DNA of 64,000 bases, from IMG/VR virus record IMGVR_UViG_3300043427_003501, positions 8,548-72,547 of that record; one strand, 5' to 3'. This DNA comes from a virus. Below, one piece after another: positions 9,747 to 17,954 of the stretch. Within the stretch, counting starts at the first letter, position 1. Each line of letters opens with the position of its first letter. A model generated the notes under the pieces. It worked only from the letters and a program-made list of their open reading frames with translations. It searched no databases and was not told the origin of the DNA. A program made the position numbers and the translations under genes.

Positions 9747-9977
9747 ATGGAAGTTCTCAAGGTGGGCGATACCGTCATGTGGCGCGGCAGTTGGGGCAGC
9801 GAACCTGCCAAACGCGCCAAGATAGTTCGTATGGAGCTGTGCAAGGCCGAACGCGACAAGTATGGCGTGGAGGTCAGTAGCGCCTGGCTCACGGACAAGA
9901 ATCGCTTGTGCGTGGACCTCGACAACGGGTCGTGGGCCTATGGCTTCCAAATCGAACCGATCGGGAGCGCGGCATGA
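9747..9977 (+). CDS. small SH3-like hypothetical protein
   Basis: AAGGAG RBS; LKVGDTVMWRGSWG...LDNGSWAYGFQI. Confidence 0.65.
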   Translation: MEVLKVGDTVMWRGSWGSEPAKRAKIVRMELCKAERDKYGVEVSSAWLTDKNRLCVDLDNGSWAYGFQIEPIGSAA

Positions 9978-10324
9978 ATTTCAGCCAAGACTTCAAACAA
10001 GCCTACGTTGACGAGCTCCTGCATCAGGTGCATCACCGAGCAGGCAATGAGTGGCCCTGGCTCGAGGAAGACGAAATGGTGGGCTCTGTGTATTTTGTGG
10101 AAGACAAGGAAATTGTCTACTGCACGCCCGCTGTTCGCCAATACCTTGGCGGTGAGGAAGTTCCTCCCAACGACAACTGCCCAATTCAGTTCTGTCGGAT
10201 CAGAGAGGAGAGTGACTCCCACGAAATGACCGAAGTGGACTACTTCCTCACTTACAACATGCCTTATGACTTGGCGCGATATCAGGCGCTTGTAGGGGCT
10301 TACAAGCAAGGAGCTTTGGTATGA
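9974..10324 (+). CDS. acidic hypothetical protein
   Basis: ATGA-coupled. Confidence 0.55.
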   Translation: MNFSQDFKQAYVDELLHQVHHRAGNEWPWLEEDEMVGSVYFVEDKEIVYCTPAVRQYLGGEEVPPNDNCPIQFCRIREESDSHEMTEVDYFLTYNMPYDLARYQALVGAYKQGALV

Positions 10325-10611
10325 ACGTCCGAGCTGAACTCGATAAGGCAACGGAGCCTGTTGTCACCATCTCCACCAGCCACCTGTCCGAAGCCACAAA
10401 GGAGTGGCTTAGCAAGGACTTGCTCAGGCGTGATGGAAAGATGGCAGGTATGGAGTGGGACTACGGTTGGATGTTGTTCGTAGGCAATTGGGATGAGGAT
10501 ACCCCTGAAGATTTGGCTTGCATCCTCAAAACCTGCAACGACTACGCATACTCCTGGGTCCGATTCGACTGCGATGCGCCTGCCTGTCGCGCATTTCCGG
10601 AAGCCTCGTAG
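10321..10611 (+). CDS. DUF5983-like protein
   Basis: ISTSHL...YGW...PEDL...WVRFDCDA pattern. Confidence 0.55.
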   Translation: MNVRAELDKATEPVVTISTSHLSEATKEWLSKDLLRRDGKMAGMEWDYGWMLFVGNWDEDTPEDLACILKTCNDYAYSWVRFDCDAPACRAFPEAS

Positions 10612-10883
10612 GAGACTGAAATGACCACATCGGACAGGGTCTTTCTGATAGTTTTGGCCATCTGTTGCCTCGCCCTTTCCACAGTAATTGGCAAACCTGG
10701 CAGTTACTGTGGAAATGTGGAGTTTCGTCCGGATGCCACTCAGCATCAAAAGGACGAATGTCGAAGGCTGAGGCCTTGATCAGCCAGGAAACCTTATAGG
10801 GGATGTCGAGCTTGCGCTCGCTATTCCTATTTTCGCAAGCGACAATTATTTGTCAGCAACTTATACCCTTTGGGGCTTTTCCC

Positions 10884-11237
10884 ATGAAAAAGAAACGCAA
10901 GCCAACACGCGCTCAGCAGGAAGCACAGGCTTCTTTTGACGCCATGATTCGCAAGTGGGCGAATCTACCAAAATTCGCGCACACTAACAGGCCGAATGTT
11001 AGCGTCCAAAAACCTGTTACATCGCCTATCTACCCGCCAGGGCGCGAGCCTCAAACTGTCATCCGACCCTCCGAGTCGTCGTTCCAGGACAAGTGGGTGG
11101 GCGGCACCAAGCCTGTACACAGTCTGCGCTATACGGGCGACAAGCTCGTGGGTATTGGCGTTATGCACAAATCCAACTCAGTGCCTGTATTCAACTCGGA
11201 TCAGGCTGTCGAAATCGCACGTATGCGGAGGGGCTGA
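10884..11237 (+). CDS. basic phage protein with YTG..LVGIGVMHKSNSVPV C-terminus
   Basis: Motif recalled from T4-like phage hypotheticals. Confidence 0.6.
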   Translation: MKKKRKPTRAQQEAQASFDAMIRKWANLPKFAHTNRPNVSVQKPVTSPIYPPGREPQTVIRPSESSFQDKWVGGTKPVHSLRYTGDKLVGIGVMHKSNSVPVFNSDQAVEIARMRRG

Positions 11238-12884
11238 TGCAGCCAACACACGAAGAGAAATTGGCCACCATGCGTGGCGAGGACACGGGCTGGAACTACC
11301 GATTTCAGGTGCCTGGCCCTTCCCCAAATATGTGGAGTCACGAGGACTGGATTCGCTACATTGGCGACAACTGGTTCCGAGTGCCTCGCAAGGACACCAA
11401 CCATGAAGACCGAACCCCTGAAAGTACCGATCCCGAAGCCTCGTAATCCCCTGGTTGCGCCTTCACACCGTCGGAAAGCGGGACCACATAAGGATAGGCG
11501 CGACAAACGCCGTAAGCCTGACGTAAGAGAAGATCAAACTCATGAATCCTGAAGAACTCCTGGCCAAGATCAAGGAGCTTGGCAATTACATCGACGTTCG
11601 GATGCTCGAGGACGAATCGATCGTCGCCATTGGCGAGCTGATGTTCACCCGAGCGATCTACATGGATGTGGATTTACTCGGCTGGGGCAGGCGCTTCTGC
11701 TTTGAGAACCGAGATTTGGCCGTTGTGGAATATGCCAAGCTCCAAAACGGTGACATGGAACCTCAAGGGTGGATTGCGAGGAGATAAACATGGGCTACTG
11801 TGATCCTAAAGCCATTCGCAATGGCAAGGCCTGGGCTGATGTCGTCAATACGCCTGGGTTCATGCGTGGGTGTTTGCCAGGGAAAGTGAGTGGAACCTCA
11901 CCAAACCCTGCACTCGGTCGAGACAATAAATCATCGCAAAACGACATGAAAGGAGATTGCGATGGTTTCCGAAGCACGCAGACAGGAGTTGGCTCGCAAG
12001 GGCTACTTCATCGAGGACATGGGGGTCGAGTACGGCCTTGAGTACGAGGGTCAGTTCCGCTGGATGAACAGCCGAACGAACGAATTCCAGGACTACGAAG
12101 CGTCCTACAGCATCAACGATGCCTGGACCGCAGCCGACCTTCACGATCAGGAGGCAGCATGAGCGAGGACAAGCGCACCCAGTACCTACGAGGAATTGCA
12201 GCAAGCGCTCCTGAGCGCCAGGTTGATCCTCGCAACATCCAGCATCGCCTCCTGCACACCATCTTCTACGAGGTGGCCAACACGGAAGATTGGCGAGCTC
12301 CGATCAACGTCCTGGTGAAGATTCACCGTACAGGATCGATCACGCTCGGCCTGTACACCGACGCCATCGAATACTTCACAGGAACCAAGCCGGCCATCTT
12401 CATCGTCGAGGATTGGCAGGAGGCTTCCGACTTCGCAACCTTCCGAATCGTCAGCGAAGGCTATCGACTCGGCCCCGCAGGAGCTTGACATGCTTGTCAA
12501 TGGAATTGGACCGATCGATTGGGCGCTGCTGCGAGAGCAAAAGCGTTGGCTCCTGGATCAGGACAACCAGTACGCCGAAGGGCTCGTGATCCTGCTGGAT
12601 CACATTGGCGATTTGGCTGTCGAGCAGGGTTTCAGTGAACAGGAAGTCTTCGACGAGGAAATTCTCCTATGAAGCACGAGCAAATCCAACAACTCGCCGA
12701 CGATGCTTTGGACGCAGCCTGCCTCCATATGCAGAACCAGCTCGGAATCGACGATGGCGACGTAGCAGGCATCTACTTCAGTGGAAATGTCCAAGATGCA
12801 ATTCGCCAAATCTTCGAGGGCTACATCAAGATGGAAACCGCCATGAGGAGCAGGACAAATGTCCGTACCGAAACTCCTGCGTGA
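11237..12884 (+). other. cluster of small early ORFs (11237..11446, 11403..11552, 11542..11787, 11962..12162, 12159..12488, 12490..12672, 12669..12884)
   Basis: Translationally coupled, several with GGAG RBS; many acidic. Confidence 0.55.
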
Positions 12885-13092
12885 GCAGATTCGCCAATAC
12901 GAACGTGAAGGGTTTACGGTGGAGAACATCTCTCGGGCCGCCAGGCACTACAAGGTGAAGTTCCACCAGTTCCCCGAACCACAGTTCCTGACGGCCAACA
13001 CGACCGACTTTCGTGCCTACAAGAACAATATCACCCGATTCAAACGCCTGACTGTAAGCCAGGAGAAAGGTTCGAAGCCCCGAAACGTATAG
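12859..13092 (+). CDS. HicA-like fold protein
   Basis: GFTV...RHYKV...TTDFRAYKN pattern. Confidence 0.4.
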   Translation: MSVPKLLREQIRQYEREGFTVENISRAARHYKVKFHQFPEPQFLTANTTDFRAYKNNITRFKRLTVSQEKGSKPRNV

Positions 13093-13155
13093 GCAAGACA
13101 CCTCCGAGTTATCAGATCAGTCACCCGTAACGTATTAGGAAAGGGTAAAACTACC

Positions 13156-13536
13156 ATGCACGGATACCCCTCACCGAAGCCTGCTGAGCAGTACCGGAAG
13201 CTGCAGGAGCTGGCTCTCAAAGGCAAATTAGGCGCTTCGAGCGCAGATGGATCATGCGTCTATGAATCCAAAGGCAGCTTCTGCGCGGTTGGAGCTCTGT
13301 TCAACAAAGCCCAACACAAAGACCTGAAAGCCCGCGACCTCAACACAAAAGGCATCGGCTTTGTCGCCCACCAGATCGGAAAAAAGAACCTCGAGGCCGT
13401 CACTGGACTTCGCCTGAATGAGCTGGTGAAGCTGCAAGGCCTGCATGACGAAAACGCCTGGCGTCTGTCGAATGGCGATCAGTATTCCATACGACGATCG
13501 GAGTTCTTCCAGTACCTTGAAGAACGCCAAAAGTAA
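13156..13536 (+). CDS. hypothetical protein
   Basis: CVY...CAVGALF...LQGLHD motif string. Confidence 0.65.
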   Translation: MHGYPSPKPAEQYRKLQELALKGKLGASSADGSCVYESKGSFCAVGALFNKAQHKDLKARDLNTKGIGFVAHQIGKKNLEAVTGLRLNELVKLQGLHDENAWRLSNGDQYSIRRSEFFQYLEERQK

Positions 13537-13613
13537 CGCAAAAGGCGTTATAACTTGACCCTATAACCCCACACAGCATGGGGTTATTCCACAAAGCCAT
13601 CAACCATAGGCGC

Positions 13614-13626
13614 TAAGTCCTTGATT
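13614..13626 (-). promoter_or_regulatory. IHF consensus site
   Basis: Minus strand AATCAAGGACTTA matches WATCAANNNNTTR; overlaps inverted repeat AAGTCCTT-N7-AAGGACTT. Confidence 0.55.
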
Positions 13627-13740
13627 TCAAAGGACTTTCCTCAAATTGCAACATCGAAATGTTTCTATAAGAGTGCTGGCCTACTTGTAACCCAAGTGTA
13701 TGAAAACGACATAGAAAACTACTAATTTCCAACATCAGGG

Positions 13741-14070
13741 AAGACACAGGCCAGAGCTCACAACGAAGCCGGAAAAGCAAAGAGTACACCGACCAACACC
13801 AAGCACAGGAAATCGCTCAAAACGTCAATAAACGAACCGAAGCCTAAGAAGAACAATACGGACAACAGGAACAAACAGGACAAAGACAAGAACGAGGCCA
13901 ACAAGGACAAAGACAAAGATCAGGCCAAGAACAAGAACACAGGCAAAGAAGACAAGTATGTCAAGGAAGATACAGAGGAAGAAGAGGAGAAAAACAGGCA
14001 AAAGAAGAATAAAGGAGAACAGGCAAAGGGCAACAAGAAGAGAAACAAAAATGGGAACAAAAATGGGGCG
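13741..14070. repeat. strand-asymmetric low-complexity tract (A-rich, T-depleted)
   Basis: 16 T in 330 nt by hand count, no TT. Confidence 0.85.
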
Positions 14071-14214
14071 GCAGTTGTCCCTTCACTTTTCCACATGCCA
14101 TAAAACTGGCCTTGGCAACGAATTCCCCTACAAGGTTCCCAACAAACTGCATTGCACACCCTACCTCCCGTCATCACAATTGAATCGTGCAAGGTGCACA
14201 ACGAGGAGTTCAAC

Positions 14215-14352
14215 ATGGATGAGATGCAGTTTTTGCTGGCCGATTCTGAGAGGGATTTTGCCTACCTGACCGACAACCTGGAAGATCAGGAGTGCTTCGA
14301 GCGCCTGGTCGAGCGCTTTGAGGAGCAACAAGATTGGCAAGATTTCCGATGA
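14215..14352 (+). CDS. 45-aa highly acidic protein
   Basis: GAGGAG RBS, TTGCAC...CACAAT promoter-like; 15 D/E. Confidence 0.7.
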   Translation: MDEMQFLLADSERDFAYLTDNLEDQECFERLVERFEEQQDWQDFR

Positions 14353-14513
14353 TTCGCTACCTTCTTCTAGGTTTAGCCATGACTTTCGCGACTTTTGGGC
14401 TTTCCGAAGCGGTTGGAAAGCTCCTTGAGACACGGGAAATGATCTGGCTTTTGGCTTCTCTGGGAGCCGTAGCTGTCCTGGGAATGCTGCTTTCCCAATG
14501 TTCTCGGGAGTAG
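14349..14513 (+). CDS. 54-aa protein with two hydrophobic segments (not in ORF track)
   Basis: ATGA overlap; MIRYLLLGLAMTFATFGL...MIWLLASLGAVAVLGMLLSQCSRE. Confidence 0.55.
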   Translation: MIRYLLLGLAMTFATFGLSEAVGKLLETREMIWLLASLGAVAVLGMLLSQCSRE

Positions 14514-14529
14514 GAAAAGCCAGGAACCG

Positions 14530-14571
14530 AGTGTCGGGATGAACCGGGAAAGACCGGCAAATCCCGACACT
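14530..14571. repeat. inverted repeat AGTGTCGGGAT/ATCCCGACACT
   Basis: 11-bp perfect arms. Confidence 0.75.
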
Positions 14572-14750
14572 TCGTATATATGTATATGTAAAGGAAAGAA
14601 GAAAGGAAAGAATGTTTGCGGGAAGTTGCCGGCTCCTAGGGGTACGGCACGGCTCCTGTAAGGACGATAGGAGCTCGGCAACGAGGTACGGGAAGCCCCG
14701 AGTGGCCAATCGCCGTCAAAGGTTCCTAGGCCTGCCTAGGCCGAGGTTGG

Positions 14751-14826
14751 AAGCTCCTATAAGGTTCCAAGGCAAGCCTAGGGCGCCGTATAAGGATGGC
14801 TCCAAGCTCCTATAAGGTTCCAAGGC
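14751..14826 (+). repeat. 23-bp direct repeat AAGCTCCTATAAGGTTCCAAGGC x2
   Basis: 14751-14773 and 14804-14826. Confidence 0.9.
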
Positions 14827-15044
14827 GAAGTGTAAGGATCGCCCTATAAGGTTACGGTCCAAAAAGTATCTCCCTAGGGAAAAAGCATGGATTTGCCAGG
14901 CCGTTCCGGTTCCCATGTGTAAGGTTGGGAACTTGCAATGTCTCCTGGGAAAGCTGTTGCACCTCCAAAAGTGGCACATCACAATACAGTCACTGGGTAG
15001 TGATTCTGCTCCCGGTGCTCTTTCAATCCATTTTGGAGGCCATC

Positions 15045-15686
15045 ATGGCAAAAAAGTCCGTCTCTTCCGCCCCTTCCGCTTCTTCTGTTGACGCAATCGA
15101 GGCCGCTCAGGCCGCTTTACTCGCGTCCATCAAGCGCCGCATTGACAACGCGCCCAACGACAACCAGGCGGAGAAGCTCTCGGCCGAGTTCAAGTTCTTC
15201 GAGGGTGCTTCGGGGGCTCGTATCCTGAGCGCAGCTGCTGCCAAGTACGAGCTCGACATCGGAGCCCTCGCTGCTCAGGTGGCCGTGCTCAGCAACGAGG
15301 ACAAGGATCGCTTCCTTGCGGTCTACGCCCTCCAGAAGGTGCGCAAGGCACTCTATGCCCTGGCCAACGACCTTCGGAGCTTCTTCGATGGGTACACGAA
15401 CTCCATCCTCTTCAACATGGCGAACCTGCAGGCCATCAACAACAAGGAGGCCAGGATGAGCCTGTGCAAGGCCATCGAGTACACGGAGCTGGAGCAAGTG
15501 CAGGCCATTCGTAGGCTGCTGAACTGCTCGGAGGGTACGGCTTCGACACAGGCCAGCAGCACTCGGATGATGCTGCGGGCTTTGGGTGTCGCCAACGTCG
15601 TCAAGCGTAAGGCCGGTGACTCGATCTCCTTCACCGAGAGCAAGGCCGCGCAGGGCATCTTGGCGATGTACGCGACGAAGGCGTAA
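15045..15686 (+). CDS. helical early protein, paralog A (TASTQASSTR family)
   Basis: GGAGG RBS; GC-rich codon usage; aligns end to end with 16999..17577. Confidence 0.85.
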   Translation: MAKKSVSSAPSASSVDAIEAAQAALLASIKRRIDNAPNDNQAEKLSAEFKFFEGASGARILSAAAAKYELDIGALAAQVAVLSNEDKDRFLAVYALQKVRKALYALANDLRSFFDGYTNSILFNMANLQAINNKEARMSLCKAIEYTELEQVQAIRRLLNCSEGTASTQASSTRMMLRALGVANVVKRKAGDSISFTESKAAQGILAMYATKA

Positions 15687-15708
15687 TCAGGGGGCTGCAA
15701 GGCAGCCC

Positions 15709-15729
15709 AGGGAGCGTCAGCTCCCTTTT
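15709..15729 (+). terminator. Rho-independent terminator
   Basis: GGGAGC-GTCA-GCTCCC-TTTT. Confidence 0.65.
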
Positions 15730-16124
15730 ACGGGTACGGCTGAGCCCTAGGCGAGATCAGGATCAGGGTACGGCTGGACAGCTGTACGGGTGAGTAGGAG
15801 TACGGCTGTACCGAAGTAGGCCGGTATTCCTAGGCCTTAGCAGGCCACGGTAGGGGATTGCAGGCCACTGCAGGAGGTAGGCCTTTCCTAGGCCAGCCTA
15901 GGCCGCCGAAGGACTTCAGGCCACCGCAGGCATTCTCAGGGCAATAGGCCGACTCCAGAACATCTGAGAAACGCCAAGGAGAAAACGTAGGGCCGTTGCA
16001 AATTGCCCTGCAAACCTCTCACAGGGAGCTTTGCAGGAGACATGCACCCCCACCATCAAAACCCAAAGATGGCTTGCTGTAATGAGTTTGCTGCGATGTT
16101 GCAGCGGTTCTTTCGGAGAGGTGT

Positions 16125-16460
16125 ATGGTCCAAGTCTCGCGAGTTTCTGTTTTGCTCCTGAATACCGACGACATGGGGAAGTTTTACTTCGCCAAGTCTG
16201 ACGCCGAGCGTGAAATCATGGCGCTGGAAACGTTACAGGCAGGTGGGTACCAGTACGTCAAGGGCAGCATCATTGTGGAAAGTCTGTTTCGCAAGGATGC
16301 TGCTGAGGAGGTGTTCGACTTGACCAACAATCCAAGTCGTGAAGAGGAGCGTGAGCTGCTGTATGGACGTCACCGCAGCGTGTCCTCAGGTGACATCGTG
16401 GATGTGGACGGTTCCAAGTTTCTTTGCCTACCTGTTGGTTGGCTTCGCTTGGCGGCTTGA
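16125..16460 (+). CDS. YodL-like domain protein
   Basis: EEVFDLTN...RSVSSGDIVDVDG...C.PVGW pattern; GGAGAGG RBS. Confidence 0.65.
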   Translation: MVQVSRVSVLLLNTDDMGKFYFAKSDAEREIMALETLQAGGYQYVKGSIIVESLFRKDAAEEVFDLTNNPSREEERELLYGRHRSVSSGDIVDVDGSKFLCLPVGWLRLAA

Positions 16461-16469
16461 TGGGTAGAT

Positions 16470-16498
16470 GAGAAGCCGACCAGGAGTCGGCTTCTTTT
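16470..16498 (+). terminator. Rho-independent terminator
   Basis: AGAAGCCGAC-CAGGA-GTCGGCTTCT followed by TTT. Confidence 0.8.
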
Positions 16499-16675
16499 GG
16501 AGCTGTTCGCTTCCTAGGGATGCCCAGGGGTACGGCTGAGCCGAAGAGGACTTCGGGAAGTTTGGGTACGGCAGGGTCGAAGAGGGTCTTTCGGAGTACG
16601 GCGGTCTCGGAGTACGGCTAGGGCGAAGAGGGCCTTCCTAGGGCTAGCGCCCTCGCGGGCCAGCCCGCCTGGCGG

Positions 16676-16770
16676 CCATAGCGGCCGCCTATCGGCCCGT
16701 CGCCGCCATAGCGGCCTGCTATCGATAGCCTGGCCCTACCGCCACGCCGTTTCCATAGCGGCTCCCTATC
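16676..16770 (+). repeat. CCATAGCGGC-N3-CTATC x3
   Basis: Copies start at 16676, 16706, 16753. Confidence 0.85.
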
Positions 16771-16774
16771 CTGG

Positions 16775-16840
16775 GTCTCCTATAAGACCCAAGATGTCTC
16801 CTATAAGACCCAAGACCCGGGTCTCCTATAAGACCCAAGA
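16775..16840 (+). repeat. 20-bp iteron-like repeat GTCTCCTATAAGACCCAAGA x3
   Basis: Exact copies at 16775, 16796, 16821. Confidence 0.9.
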
Positions 16841-16998
16841 CCCACGCCATAGAGGCCCTCCATTACATCATCGGCCCCATTGTAAAATTTCATCGTCGCG
16901 CCGTTGCAACATGCTGCAAAAAAGCGGTTGCAGCATGCGCCACCATGTTATGATTGCATCACTGCGATGTTGCAGTGTTCGATTCTGAAAGGTTCATC

Positions 16999-17577
16999 AT
17001 GAACAAGGTTCAAAAAGCCCTCCTCGCCGCCCTCCAGACCCGCATCGATTCCGCGCCCAATGCGAACCAAGCCGAGAATCTGTCCGCAGAATATAGATTC
17101 TTTTCAGATACTAACGCCGGTATTATTATCGACAAAGTATCTCACATAATCGATATTAATAAACTCGCAAAGCAGATTGCAATATCTGAAAAGTCTAATT
17201 CTGATTTTATCGCAGTATATGCTTTGCAGAAAATTCGTAAAATGATTTATTCGCTTGCGAATAATACTAAATCATATATTGACGGTTATTCTAATTCGAT
17301 TATCTTCAATATGGTCAAATTGAATTCTGAAATTACTAATAAGTCTGCACTTGTTGCATTATCTAAATCGGTCGAATATACCGAATTCGATAAGGTGCAA
17401 GATATTAAGCGCACAATATCTGTTGCAGTATCTACCGCATCCACTCAAGCATCATCCACCCGTCAAATGCTGCGTGTTTTGAATATCGCCAACGTTACCA
17501 AGCGCAAGAATCAAGATGAATTTACTTTCATCGATTCTGATATTGCAAAACAAGTAATCGCATATTATCAGGTATAA
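16999..17577 (+). CDS. helical early protein, paralog B (AT-rich recoded copy)
   Basis: GAAAGGT RBS; shares RID.APN.NQAE.LSAE, AVYALQK.RK, DGY.NSI.FNM, TASTQASSTR.MLR with paralog A. Confidence 0.85.
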   Translation: MNKVQKALLAALQTRIDSAPNANQAENLSAEYRFFSDTNAGIIIDKVSHIIDINKLAKQIAISEKSNSDFIAVYALQKIRKMIYSLANNTKSYIDGYSNSIIFNMVKLNSEITNKSALVALSKSVEYTEFDKVQDIKRTISVAVSTASTQASSTRQMLRVLNIANVTKRKNQDEFTFIDSDIAKQVIAYYQV

Positions 17578-17583
17578 ATAATA

Positions 17584-17615
17584 AGGTGCGGTATATAATA
17601 TAATATACCGCACCT
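17584..17615. repeat. 13-bp-stem hairpin AGGTGCGGTATAT-N6-ATATACCGCACCT
   Basis: Perfect inverted repeat after paralog B. Confidence 0.85.
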
Positions 17616-17644
17616 AATATAAACCACATTCGAAAGGTAATATC

Positions 17645-17746
17645 ATGGTATATATAATCGGTGCGATTCTGATTCTCTGCGGTATATTCTTTATCTGTGA
17701 GAATATATATATTCGAAGAGAATATAATAAATACCTGAAGAGATAA
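17645..17746 (+). CDS. 33-aa single-TM peptide (not in ORF track)
   Basis: GAAAGGT RBS like paralog B; MVYIIGAILILCGIFFICENIYIRREYNKYLKR. Confidence 0.55.
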   Translation: MVYIIGAILILCGIFFICENIYIRREYNKYLKR

Positions 17747-17954
17747 TATACTATCGAGAAAACCAAAGTCTTAGGTTTTCTCTATCGGTGCGGGAGCGCT
17801 CCCTTCCTCGTTCCGACCCTCTCCCAGACCCCCTTATACGGCCAGGCCCGAGTCTCCAAAGACCATCCTTATAGAGCCAAGCTCAGAGTGCAGAATAGCG
17901 TCTTTGTAGAGCCGAGCCCGACCTTGATGCGGGCGTCCTTACACCGGCAAGAGC

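Noticed and set aside
13920-14269. ORFs 13958..14269 (+) and 13920..14216 (-)
   Set aside because: Open frames are a by-product of T depletion (few stops); no RBS, and the + ORF overlaps the better-supported 14215 gene
14568-14600. Complete loxP site
   Set aside because: Only one 10-bp arm matches; no inverted arm and no recombinase in the window
16676-16840. CRISPR-like array
   Set aside because: Repeats are 18-20 bp with irregular 1-30 nt gaps; no leader or cas genes
16880-17790. Ordinary horizontally acquired AT-rich moron or generic restriction-site avoidance
   Set aside because: The gene is a paralog of a resident gene, the bias is strand-specific, and GAATTC/ATCGAT/TCGA sites persist
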